From positions 17,839,700-17,903,699 of the forward strand of contig OZ037768.1 in NCBI GenBank assembly GCA_964035545.1: a DNA stretch of 64,000 nucleotides, in the 5' to 3' direction. The DNA comes from Bugula neritina (taxonomy: Eukaryota; Animalia; Bryozoa). Both the position numbers and the translations under genes were made by a program. The notes beneath the pieces were generated by a model. That model did no database searches. It was not told where the DNA came from and saw nothing but the letters and a program-made list of their open reading frames with translations. Numbering within the stretch: position 1 is the stretch's first letter; each line of letters opens with the position of its first letter. Below are positions 41,245-54,250 of the stretch, one piece after another.

Positions 41245-41935
41245 GCCACAATCTAAAATCTACAATTTTTACATGATTTTGAATAAAAACAAACAAAATT
41301 ATTGCTATCACAGCTTGTTAGAATAACACAGTACTGTTGGATATACTATTCTCAAATACACATCTTATGAAAGCATAGCATAAACTAGTTCATTTGACAA
41401 TAAGTTTTTAAAAGATGCTGCATTGCATAGTAAAACTGATATCCCCACATCTAAGCAGACTTCTCAATATCATACTATGTTGTAGTATATAACATTACAT
41501 CACACTTAAGCGGAAACCTACAAATTTTTATACTATACTACTGTTCACATACTAGTTGTTCAGTCAGCAAACAGTTGCCTAGCAATTTTTTGACTATATA
41601 CGTTTTCCTGAGCTCTGTTAGTATCTTAGACTCGGCTTGAAGAGGAGTTCAATAATTAATGAAGTACAAAGTTTGAGGTTACTGAGTGCAGGTTTTGCTA
41701 TAGCACATCATTTTCTAAACCCCCAAACTAGAGACCTTCCCTTTTGGTTCGCTGCACTCAGTGACCCCAATTATTATGCTGCATCAACAAATTTCTATAG
41801 AGAAGAAACCTATTATCATATTGACACTATTTAGTAGTAGCGATTGGTGTGGTGTTTTATGTCTATTGCTAGAAGTTTAGCTGACTCAAACATGTTTGTT
41901 CTATTCTGTAGAGCCAGCAATTTGAAGAAAAAAAT

Positions 41936-42008
41936 TATCCCCACTGTGAATCGAACCCAAGACCTCTGGCTTGCAAGCAAGTGTGCTAACCATTACACCA
42001 CGGGGACC
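41936..42008 (-). pseudogene. tRNA-like sequence; pseudogene or SINE head, family B
   Basis: Reverse complement is GTCCCCGTGGTGTAATGGTTAGCACACTTGCTTGCAAGCCAGAGGTCTTGGGTTCGATTCACAGTGGGGA. A and B boxes are present; T and anticodon stems are mismatched. Confidence 0.55.
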
Positions 42009-43644
42009 ACTGGGTAATTGCATCACTACACAATTAAACTCATCATCACATTATATTATCTATCATCAATTTATGTCGTTGAGAGTGCATTTGCATGAGA
42101 ACAAATTTTTAAAAACAAAATATATTTATTCCTGAACAATAACTACTGTTTTTCATGAAAAAGACTGTTTTTGAGACCCATAAAATATTCACACAATTTG
42201 ATGAGTTGTGACATAACTATTTTCAAAAATTTCGAACCCTTGTCTAGAATTAACAAGTACAGCAAGTAGGGCTGGTTGTAAAAACTTTGCTTTCTGTCAA
42301 TTAAAACCACTTTAAAATAGAACTGTTCCTAATAATTATATATATTTGTGCCCAAACAGACCCCAGTCACCAAACCTTGTAAAAAGAAACATAATAAACT
42401 CTGTGCTCAGAATTGTTTATTTTTTGCTTATGCTTATTTTTTCAGCATACCAAAGACTTTGCGAAACTTTATTTGAGTTTTAGCTAATTCAGTTTCAAAA
42501 AATGAGCAAAATATCTGAAAGTGTGCTTATATTTTAAGGCTAATAAAACTGTTAATAATGAGCAGTTTATACAGTTATAGTCTTTTTTCATTTTAATTAA
42601 TAAAATAAGCTCTAACTAAAAACTAATACTTTTCAAAAAAGTTCACAGCATCTTGTAATTGTGGCCAAATAAAACCCAGTTGGTGAGACTTGAATTTAAA
42701 ATAATGTGTTGGGTAACAAAAATAAAACTTTAAAACAATGTAAGGTTACATAATTTTTAGCTAAATTTTAAAGTAAGAATAACTGCTTACAAAAACAACA
42801 TCTCTACTCACCAGCAGCAGACATCTTGAAACTTTTAGCACATAAAATATTATCTTAATATATAAAATTTAGGCCAATAAAAGTTTTTTTCATTACTAAG
42901 CAAGCTAAACATTTTTTCATTAAAAAACGGTGCAGAAAGAAATTTTAAAGCACATGCAGCAATTATATAACCTGTACAAATCTGAACTAAATATTAATAA
43001 ATGTATTTACTCAGTAGCTGTACTATCATGGCTATGTGGCTGGCTAGTAACAACCTTATAGACAAAGAATAGCTTTCAATTCAGACTCATTATTATAACA
43101 AGAGTTGAGTAAAAAATTCACCTGACTTGAGGTGTCCACTGACAACTGGAATGACTTAAACACTCAACATATGATTATTTTAGAAACACAAACATAATAT
43201 ATTATCAAGTATAAAGTTCCAACATAAAAAAATAACATGCAGTGAGATAATTCTAAAAGCATTGATGATGAGAGTATGAGAGCAAATCAACAAGGGATAT
43301 GATCAGCATAGAAGCATAAATAATGATATATTATAGTAGGAGCATTCATTTTAACATATGCCATTGTAAAAAAATAGATTATAACAACATCAATATATGA
43401 TAATTATTATTGAGGTTATGATATTATATGCTATAAATGTACGTGAAAGCGTTTGTAAGAATAAAGAGAATAAAGGTTAGATACTTCATCATGAGAGTAT
43501 GAGATGAGTTGATAATTATAGTAATCTTGTTGTCTACAATTGTCATCCTATATCAGTCAAAACTAACTTATCGAATTGGTGTAAATCTGTCTAGAACATA
43601 TTCTCTGATTTGTTATACTTGAATATTAACCAAATGTAGTCAAC

Positions 43645-43649
<5 letters not shown>

Positions 43650-43698
<49 letters not shown>
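43650..43698. repeat. (TA)n microsatellite
   Basis: Perfect TA run. Confidence 0.99.
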
Positions 43699-43704
<6 letters not shown>

Positions 43705-43736
43705 GAAATGAAATGAAATAAAATTTGATTAATAAA

Positions 43737-43801
43737 ATGACATTTATTACTCATATTTTCGTGCACTAAAATATTGTGCACATGTCAGATAAAATTGTCA
43801 T
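43737..43801 (-). ncRNA. Degenerate hammerhead copy in the 3' pLTR
   Basis: Same stems as 44855-44919, but the core reads CTGACAT instead of CTGANGA. Confidence 0.6.
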
Positions 43802-44854
43802 TATGATTGCTCTCAATTATATAATATGGTAAAGCTGAAAATATGCACAGAATAAAACATGAGGATTAAAACATAACACAGAGGTAGCATTGGATATAAT
43901 TAGCTATGTCACAGCATTCTTGAGTAGGAATTTTCTGCTATGCCTGCATATAGATAAAAAGTCATTGCTCTTGTTAAGAGAAGACAACCATTGCTTGTAC
44001 AGAATAAAATATTTTTCCCCATAAGCACAGCTGACAGCTTTTAGTGGTGTTATTATATGGCTGAGCTTTTCTAAGAATTTTCCAGAAAATTGTGAAATCC
44101 AGGTCTCTGTCTTTTAGTGACCATATGTGTTTGCTTAACTCAGTTTGTAAGCGCTTGGTGGGATGCCTGAAGGAAGCAAGATGGTTGTAATACCTTGTCT
44201 TGAATGTAATAGAAGAAATTCCTACATATGTTTCAACAGCATTGTTTGATGGAACAGATACATTAGCCTGGTACACGATGTTTGGAGTTGTGCATTCTCC
44301 TGGTAACGGGCACATCTCTATATTTGTACAGTTGCAGCCTGCCTGTGATGTAGAGACAGTGTTCCACTTTTATTGTGAGCAATAATGGTTTGCTCCAAGC
44401 TAGGGCAGCAACTGTAGCTGAGTATGAGTGTGTTCTTGTTAAATATTTTGTGTAGTGTGTGTTTGCCGTAGAATACATATTTTATTAGCTTGAGGAATAA
44501 GGAGCCGATTTTTGTCTTTACATTACGACTATAAGGCAGGTTGTACCAGGTGGTTCGTCTTTTGACGAGGTTTGATGCTCGTATTGGTGTTGTCAGTGTA
44601 GTTTCTGTATTTGAGCTAATAATTATATCCACTTTTAGCCAATGCATCTTGATATTGTGGGATGGCATTGTTGAAGATGGTCTCATTAGTAGGTATATCA
44701 CAAAGTCTGCGGTTTATGGATTATGGTATGTTTTTCAGTATGCTAGGAGATGATTAGACTTTTTGTGTACGCACAGAGGAATGTTGTTGGGCTCAGAGTA
44801 TGGTCTGTGTTGTTTCTTGACCAGATCTGATTATATATTGAAAAATCAAATTTG

Positions 44855-44919
44855 ATGACAATTTTATCTGAGGAGTGCACAATATTTTAATGCACGAAAC
44901 TATTAGTAATAAATGTCAT
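44855..44919 (+). ncRNA. Type I hammerhead ribozyme motif, core intact
   Basis: Stem I ATGACA-ATTTTAT/ATAAA-TGTCAT, CTGAGGA (44868-44874), stem II GTGCA/TGCAC, GAAA (44896-44899), minimal stem III ACTATTAGT, cleavage triplet GUA (44906-44908). Confidence 0.8.
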
Positions 44920-45012
44920 TTTATTAATCAAATTTCATTTCATTGTTTTTAATGTTTATGCTCTAGATTTATTTCTATAGAGCACTTTTATAAGGCTTTA
45001 TATACTCTCATT

Positions 45013-45015
<3 letters not shown>

Positions 45016-45084
<69 letters not shown>

Positions 45085-45201
45085 AATCTGTGGACAGCAG
45101 CTGTTTTGGGGTTTGTCCCCTCATCAGCACAGAACAGAGTACCATGGCCCACACCTTCGCAATAGTAGAAACTTATAGTTTTACTAAAGCATATTTAAAA
45201 G

Positions 45202-45272
<71 letters not shown>
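45016..45272. repeat. Two (TA)n arrays (about 45016-45080 and 45209-45272) flanking a ~130-bp hammerhead-bearing unit
   Basis: Directly visible. Confidence 0.95.
45087..45133 (-). ncRNA. Second-family type I hammerhead ribozyme motif with one core mutation
   Basis: Reverse complement is TCTGTG CTGATGA GGGG acaaa CCCC AAA ACAGC T GCTGT C CACAGA. All three stems are perfect and the site is GUC, but GAAA is mutated to AAAA. Confidence 0.75.
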
Positions 45273-45273
<1 letters not shown>

Positions 45274-48200
45274 CAATGAATGGCATCATGGGCAACTTCG
45301 ACTTAATAAACTCACAAGGACACATCAATATATTGAAGATTCGTGATTCAGTATTGGACACGGATGAACTTATGTATAGATATCTTATAAATATATATAA
45401 TTTACAGATAATTATTCAAGGTTCACAGAACTTGTAAGCTAGTAAGTTAATAAGTGCAAGTTGATGTGTAAGTGTTACAACCAATAAAACTGCATTAGGT
45501 CAATTTTTGACAATTATCTTTCAAGACAAAGAAATTAATCATCTATAGATTATACAAGTGTGAATAAATTGGCTGACCTGGAGTTTTAAGACTATTGGCA
45601 CCATGATCAGCTGGTTATTCAGTTGAAACTATTGCAAACTACTCTGGGCGTTGATGCATATATAATAAAGCTACGCCGTTAAAACATTCCAAGAACATTG
45701 CAAGTTTTGTTGCATTATTCTAATCTGTAAACAACAGCACAATTTACAGCTATATCTGGAGTTTTATAACAGTGTCAGCTATTCTGTGCTTTTCTGTATT
45801 TTACATGGCACAGATTTTTTTCTACAACAAAAAGTTAACTTTGGGACTACTATGTAAACCCAACACTTTATGTCATTCATTCATTGAGTCAATACTTATA
45901 TTAAAACAGAGCATATGTAGTGGTTATTCTTGTTACTCATCCAAATCATTTGTCAAGTGGCCTTGACCCAATTTAGGAGGATTCATGTCTACTTCAGCCC
46001 TTTGGTAATATTTCTCCAAATACCGGCCCTCGTATATTCTTTCACAGTACACCATTGCTTATAAAATCTATGTCCTACCAGTACAAATTTGACATGTGTT
46101 GTTCCGAAATTTTATGAATCAAACATGTGTATGAGACAACAAATGCACACACTAACACACTTTATAGAACATGTTAAAAAGGGGTTATAATTTAGTTGAT
46201 GTTTTCATGATATAGCAAAAAAAGTTTGAGAAATAGTCTGTATACCCATAACCAACTACTTTGTAAACTTTGCTGAACAATAACTAGAGTTTTTAATACT
46301 AAATAAGCATTTTGATGCTATTCTCTAAACTGGATTGTGTAAGTTTATTAAAAGAGTATTAGGTAATAAAAGTATGGTAGTTGTCAACAAATCTCTCCAA
46401 AAATCAGTTTCATTATCATTAGGTAAGCCTGCAATTATACTAAACTATGGGTATAAAATTAGTATTTAATGACCAAGTATATTTGCATTAATTTTCCAAT
46501 GTGGCAATAAATTATTGTATTAATGTAAATTATTTGCTAATTGAGAAGTTAAAAGATCTAAATAAACAGTAATACATAGCCATTTGTCTAGACTCTAATC
46601 AGTAGTGCTTTATAGCCTGTCTTGAGAGACATTCAACTTCAATTTTAAATAAAAAAGAAACTTAATAACTTTTTCTATATTGGCTGAAGCAATGGTACAC
46701 ATTTTTCCAAATGTGCCTTGAATGTTATTCTAAGTATACAATTGAACCTCAAAAATATTTGTGGTACACTACATGCTTAGGAGATGTTTAACCTGAGTGT
46801 GAACAGATACTTGGGAATTACATATAAACATAGCTATTCTAAATTATGATACAAATCAATACAAACTTATAATATCTATCTATAGGTTGTATTTGCATGT
46901 TACAACTTTTATGCCTATTGACATTATGATACTTGCACATGTGATCACCGGGTAGTTGAGTTACATTTCCCTGACTACTGGCTACGGTTGCATGTCGAAA
47001 AGGTAGATATAGAGAGACAAGGTAAGTTCACCAACAACAAAGTTACCTGTATATGTATTGCAGTGCTGATTGGATATCTCGGTATGTGGTGGAGTTTACT
47101 GATGTGTTATAGTACATAATTTAGGAACATGATATTTTATCCATGACAACACGTGTTGCAAGAATTAGTTACCAAATGTGAACAACATTATAAAATTTGA
47201 ATAGAAAAAATCTTTAGGCTTTTTTGTGAAGTGAATTTTTCTATAAATTAATTGCTCAATGGTGTTCTTATTTTAAATAGAGGTTTTTCACTGAACTGTA
47301 ATAGTACGGATGACTGTTATGAAATTGGTATTGGAGAAGCAGTTGCTATTAAAATGTATGCACCAAAATATGAAATAGTTGTCAGTAGTGGGGGCTGTAA
47401 ACATTTAATTCTGTTGTTTACCATCATGTCATGGAGAAACTTGCACCACTATAGCTGCTTGCAAAACTTAAACCATTTTTGCACTCTTGTTTCAACTTAG
47501 ACCTATCATATTTGCCAAAAAGTTCTGAGTATATTCATAGAATTTTTATTTTAAAAATATGATAATTTTTAGCTGAAGGTACATATATAATAATGTTATG
47601 GTAGTATATAATAGTGTTAGATAAATTGAAAAACGAATATGCGTGTAAGCATCTAGATGAAGCTGAATATTATAACCTAGGCCTTAACCCACCGATTAAT
47701 TAAGAACCTGTTAACATAAAAAGTATGAACAACCACGTCAATGAATTCTCACCCAAGCTGCAACATAACATGCGTGCTATGTCTTTGACGGTAGCCTATG
47801 CATAAAAGCAAGAAAAGTACTACTTTAATTCTTTTCAGAAAACATGCAGACTTCATATAGATTATAGATGCATTAGTTTAGGCATGAAATTAATTATGGA
47901 ATATATAATCATTTCGACATAAGGAGTTTGATTATACCTATTTTATTAAGAAAAACAATAAAATATATTTTGGATTTGGTAGACTGCATAGACATGCATG
48001 TCTACTTTGATGTATAGTAGAACAATAATTCACAAAACTCATAGAATCTTATGACATACATTATGCCTCGTGTATGCTTTATATATTTTGTAATAATAAA
48101 CAGGTTACTTGAAACTGTAATACATAACATGTTTAAATTTTGTTCCGTATATTTACTAGTTTACTTTATTCATACCACATATTGTAGCTGCGCCTGCTAA

Positions 48201-48661
48201 ATATCCTATTTAGTGAGCTAGGCTGTGATTTGGGCATTAAATCCTCACTGATGCCCTTTATTATATTACTGTTCTAACATGACACTGGTTGACATCATTT
48301 GACACCATTTGACACTGATTGACATCATATGACATCGTCAAGACTAAAATTGCAATTCAAAACTTACATAATCTCAGCATAAACTTATATAAACAATATG
48401 AAAACTACAAAAATTTGTAATCCACAAAAAGGAAACAATATAATTAATTATTTTTGCTCTCTTAAAATTACAACTAGTCCACTAGCACAAAATATTGCCA
48501 AGTGCCAGAGGTCTTTTAGTTAGCACTGACTGTGCTGTAGAAAGCCTTTCTTTGTATGTTCTCAATATAGCTAAGATAGCTAAGCGAACTCACACTAATT
48601 CCACTACATCCTACATAAAGCCTAAATTACTGTATTCTATAGTTGCAAGAAGCTCAGAATA

Positions 48662-49756
48662 ATGGATAACAACCCAATGAATGCCACATCCAACTTTGTA
48701 ATGGCTGAAAAGATTGAAACAACACAAGATGCGTTTGGAGCGGCTATGTTCACTATAGCTGTAATCTTAACCTACACTTTTTGCATAACTTGCATCATAG
48801 CGGGTTTCAGTTTTCGTAAAAGACGACTCATTGAACAAGAAAGGGAAGCCAGTCGATTTCTAAAGTACAGGAGAGAAATTCTGCAGTCCAACATTTTGGT
48901 ATTCATATATATTTAACAACAGTAATTGTTCTGTTTATATAGTTTGAACTTTGTCCTCTCATTCTAATAACTTAATAACCAACACATTTATCATTTAATT
49001 CTAAGCAACTAAGCTGAGAGTTAGTATAGTCAGCTAAGAACTTATTCATCTTATATGTGGCACAGGAGCGATTATGACTGGATGCTATTCCTAACATCAA
49101 AAATGGCCTTTACTGAGATCGAACCAATGACTTTGTGTTTGTTAAGCCAAACACTCTAACCCCTAGACCGCTGCTGCTCGCTGATTAGATGTAGATTAAG
49201 TTTGACTTGAATTTTTTAAAGGGAAAAAAGGATAGAAGATGCATTAGTTGGTAGCTGTTTCAAAGCACAAATTGTATTTTTTTACTCAAAGCTTATCATT
49301 CAAACTTAAATAAATATGCATCATTATTATTTGTGTTGATTATTATTAAAGAAATTTAGTGTAAAGTAAATTATTTTTAATTATAGGTCTAATCTCCATG
49401 CATGAAATTTCCCCAATACATTCATGCGCGTGTCTTGTATTTCCATCACTAAAACATCTGGCTATAAAACATAATATGCATTTCAGTGCCTGTCCAGTTT
49501 TATACTGTAAACTCAGCTTCACTTGAATGCATAATAATATTATATTTTCTCATAACATAATTTATGTTCTAACTGCAACTAAAAACATTATAACATATGA
49601 ACTATTTAGATGGTGGCTGAAGCAGCTAGAAGATCTAGACGGGAATCAAATCATACACTGCTCTCTTCTAACTATACCATTGAGAATGACCAATGTGAAT
49701 CCACCATCACAGATGATAGAGACCAGGAAATTATATCCGAGCTTGATATTGTTTAA
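48662..49756 (+). CDS. Small single-pass membrane protein, 127 aa (exons 48662-48898 and 49610-49756)
   Basis: N-terminal sequon NAT, hydrophobic AAMFTIAVILTYTFCITCIIAGF, basic RKRR. Donor TTG|gtattc and acceptor tatttag|ATG join in phase 0 to MVAEAARRSRRESNH...IISELDIV*. Confidence 0.65.
49028..49179 (-). mobile_element. tRNA-derived SINE, family A
   Basis: GGCACAGGAGCGATTATGACTGGATGCTATTCCTAACATC...GATCGAACCAATGACTTTGTG...CACTCTAACCCCTAGACC. Confidence 0.75.
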
Positions 49757-50234
49757 TTATAACAATACATTTTTTTGTACGCATATATAGGCATATAGCA
49801 CCTGCTATAGCATGCATAATGGTGCATTTTTGTGCATAGGGTGTAGGTTTCAGCTACATAAATAATTTTTACTAAACCGATACAGAAAATGTTGTTTCAG
49901 TAAATTACAATTTTTTATATGTGTACATTGCTTTGTTATTATCTTTAAATTGATCTAATATAATCATTGTTCATAAAAATAATATAACAATATTTACAAA
50001 AAAGCTATTATATTGCAATATTTTATTGTAATTTTAGAAAAATTCTTAAATAGATACTTTCTTATGACTTCCTCAACCCATGATAATTCCAAACTGGATT
50101 ATTTTTCTTAGATTTTGTTGATATAATATGGTATAACACACTGCAATATTATATATTATTTTGCATTTTTATATTTAAGAAATCAAATCGCAATATTGGA
50201 AATGATACACGTTATGTTATATTATTTGTACAAT

Positions 50235-51896
<1,662 letters not shown>

Positions 51897-52624
51897 GGAA
51901 GCCAAAGCAATTAATTTGATATAGTGCCTATTGAACATACACTTTTACAAAAGCAAGAACATTCTTATTTAGAGTTGTGCTCTCTGCGCATTCAAAAATG
52001 CTTCTATTTCTAACTCCTTCGAACATTAATTCTTTAAAAGCCGGGTTTTGTTAAGTAATTGCTGAATGCAAATTAAGCTGTTTAAAAATAGACACTCAAT
52101 CTAGAAATGGGCGTGTTTAACGACTCGATAACTTACACTAAACTCTCAAGCTCCAATACAAATTCAGTATTATGAAATTGACCTCTAACTTTATGCTTCA
52201 ATTAGCGATTTCTAAGCAAATAAATACAGTGAATAAAGAAAACAAATGTTTAACTTAAACAAATACCCCTGATTTTTGATACAAAATTACCATACAAAAA
52301 GTTTAAAAACACCTATCTTAGTTACTGTAAATTAAAGAGAGAGAACAACAAACTAATACCAGAAACTTGTGAATAATCAACACAAATTTGCTGATGAGTC
52401 GAAGTATCCGTAGATGTATGTTAATCGGCTCGAGTTCCTGTGTCATCTGCACTAAACGAATAATAAGTTACAAGTGATATTCATATTGTACCGATACTAG
52501 CGTAGCGGCTTTAAGTTCAAGATTATGCATTTGGCACTTGCGACCCAACCAAAGTGAAAGTCAATATAAAAGATTGACTTAGTTATTACAAACTATGCCT
52601 ACCAGGATGAATAAAATTTTGACA

Positions 52625-54250
52625 ACTACAATAACCTCAGGATAATCAACATTAATTCATAAATGATTAAATCTAAGACTAATAGTAATACTAATACTAA
52701 TACTAATAGTAATACTAATACTAATAGTAATACTAATACTAATAGTAATACTAATACTAATAGTAATAGTAATACTATGCTAATACTAATAGTAATACTA
52801 ATAGTATTACTATTACTATTAGTATTATATTTAATGTTGATTATCCTGAGCCCTGAGGTTATTGTAGTAGTTAAAGTTAGTGTTACTATTACTATTACTA
52901 TTAGTATTAGTATTACTAATACTATTAGTATTACTATTAGTATTACTATTAGTAATAGTAACACTTTTAGTTTTACTTTTAGTAATATTAATAGTAATAG
53001 TAATAACTAATAAGTAAAAATATTACTAATATTAATACTAATACTAATAGTATTACTGTAATAGTGAGTAATACTAATACTAATAGTAATAGTAATACTA
53101 ATACTAATGCTAATAGTAATAGTAATAGTAATACTAATAGAGTACACTCATAGTCATACCATACCGATACTCATACTGTATTAGACATTAGTGTATAGAC
53201 TTAGACTTAGAGTATAGACAATCACAATAGACATAGTCATAGACATTCATATAGTTTGTGATATATGATGTATAATTATATGATATATGAGTAATAGACA
53301 TATACTTATAGTTATAGTGATAGTCAATGTCATACCTATTATAGTGATACTGATAGTGAATAGACACACTCTGACTCATAGTCATAGTGATAGTTATACT
53401 AATAGTAAATATGATAAATATAATTATAGTAATACTAATAGTAATACTATTACTAATAGTATTACTATTACTATTAGTATTAGTAATACTAATAATACTA
53501 GTACTAGTAGTAATAATTAATAATACTATAGTTATACTTATGCCTGCAGTTAATGTTATATTTGTAGTAATACTGATAGTAGTAATAGCAAATGTAATAG
53601 TACCATTTATAGTAAATGTAATACTAATAAGTAATAAGTAAATAACTATACTAATAGTAATAGTTATACCATTATAATCATAATAATTACTATTAGTGTA
53701 ATACTACTAGTACTAGTACTATATGGAGTAATGCTATTAGTATTAGATTTAGTATTGCATTTAGTTTTACTAACAGTAATGGCTAATGCTATTATTATTA
53801 GTATTACTAGTACTATTAGTATTACAGTATGAGACAGGTATCATAGCATGACTATTACTATTCGACTTTGAGTATTGCTATTAATATTAGTAATGCTTTT
53901 ACTAATAACTATAGTCTATAAGTAAAATTGTTATAATATTATTAATATTAACTGTAATAATAATATTAAATTTAATTTATACTTCGATAGTCACACTCAT
54001 ACTGGAAGTGATACTCATCAGTGATAGTCATACTTATAATAATGCTAATATTATTAGTATTAGTGTTACTATAATAGTGATCCTAATAAATAATTATACT
54101 CAATCTAAATTTCATAGTCATAGTAGTTATACTCATGCTGATAGTGATACTCATGTCATTGTCTATTAGTCATAGTGATAGTCAATGATACTGATAGTAA
54201 TACTGTCACTGGTAGTTGTACTGATACTCATAGTGATAAACTTACTGTTA
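52625..54250. repeat. AAT/ACT/AGT low-complexity, quasi-palindromic tract
   Basis: (AATACT)(AATAGT) and (CATAGT)(GATACT) hexamer mosaics. Inverted flanks at 52625-52651 and 52832-52868. Confidence 0.9.

Larger units (their letters stand above)
43699..45015 (-). mobile_element. 5'-truncated, frameshifted Penelope-like retroelement (RT thumb, Cys-rich linker, GIY-YIG endonuclease) with inverted pLTR
   Basis: Minus-strand peptides include TTWYNLPYSRNVKTKIG...LHKIFNKNTLILSYSC and CPLPGECTTPNIVYQANV...YVGISSITFKTRYYNHLASF...TELSKHIWSLK...CQLC. 43715-43801 is an inverted copy of 44855-44941. Confidence 0.9.

Noticed and set aside
52388-52440. CTGATGA followed by a GTCGA/TCGGC stem as a possible hammerhead
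   Set aside because: No GAAA after stem II and no stem I/III pairing.
52626-53641. Asn/Thr/Ile-rich and Leu/Val-rich ORFs
   Set aside because: Low-complexity trinucleotide-like repeats, with no splice or domain support.
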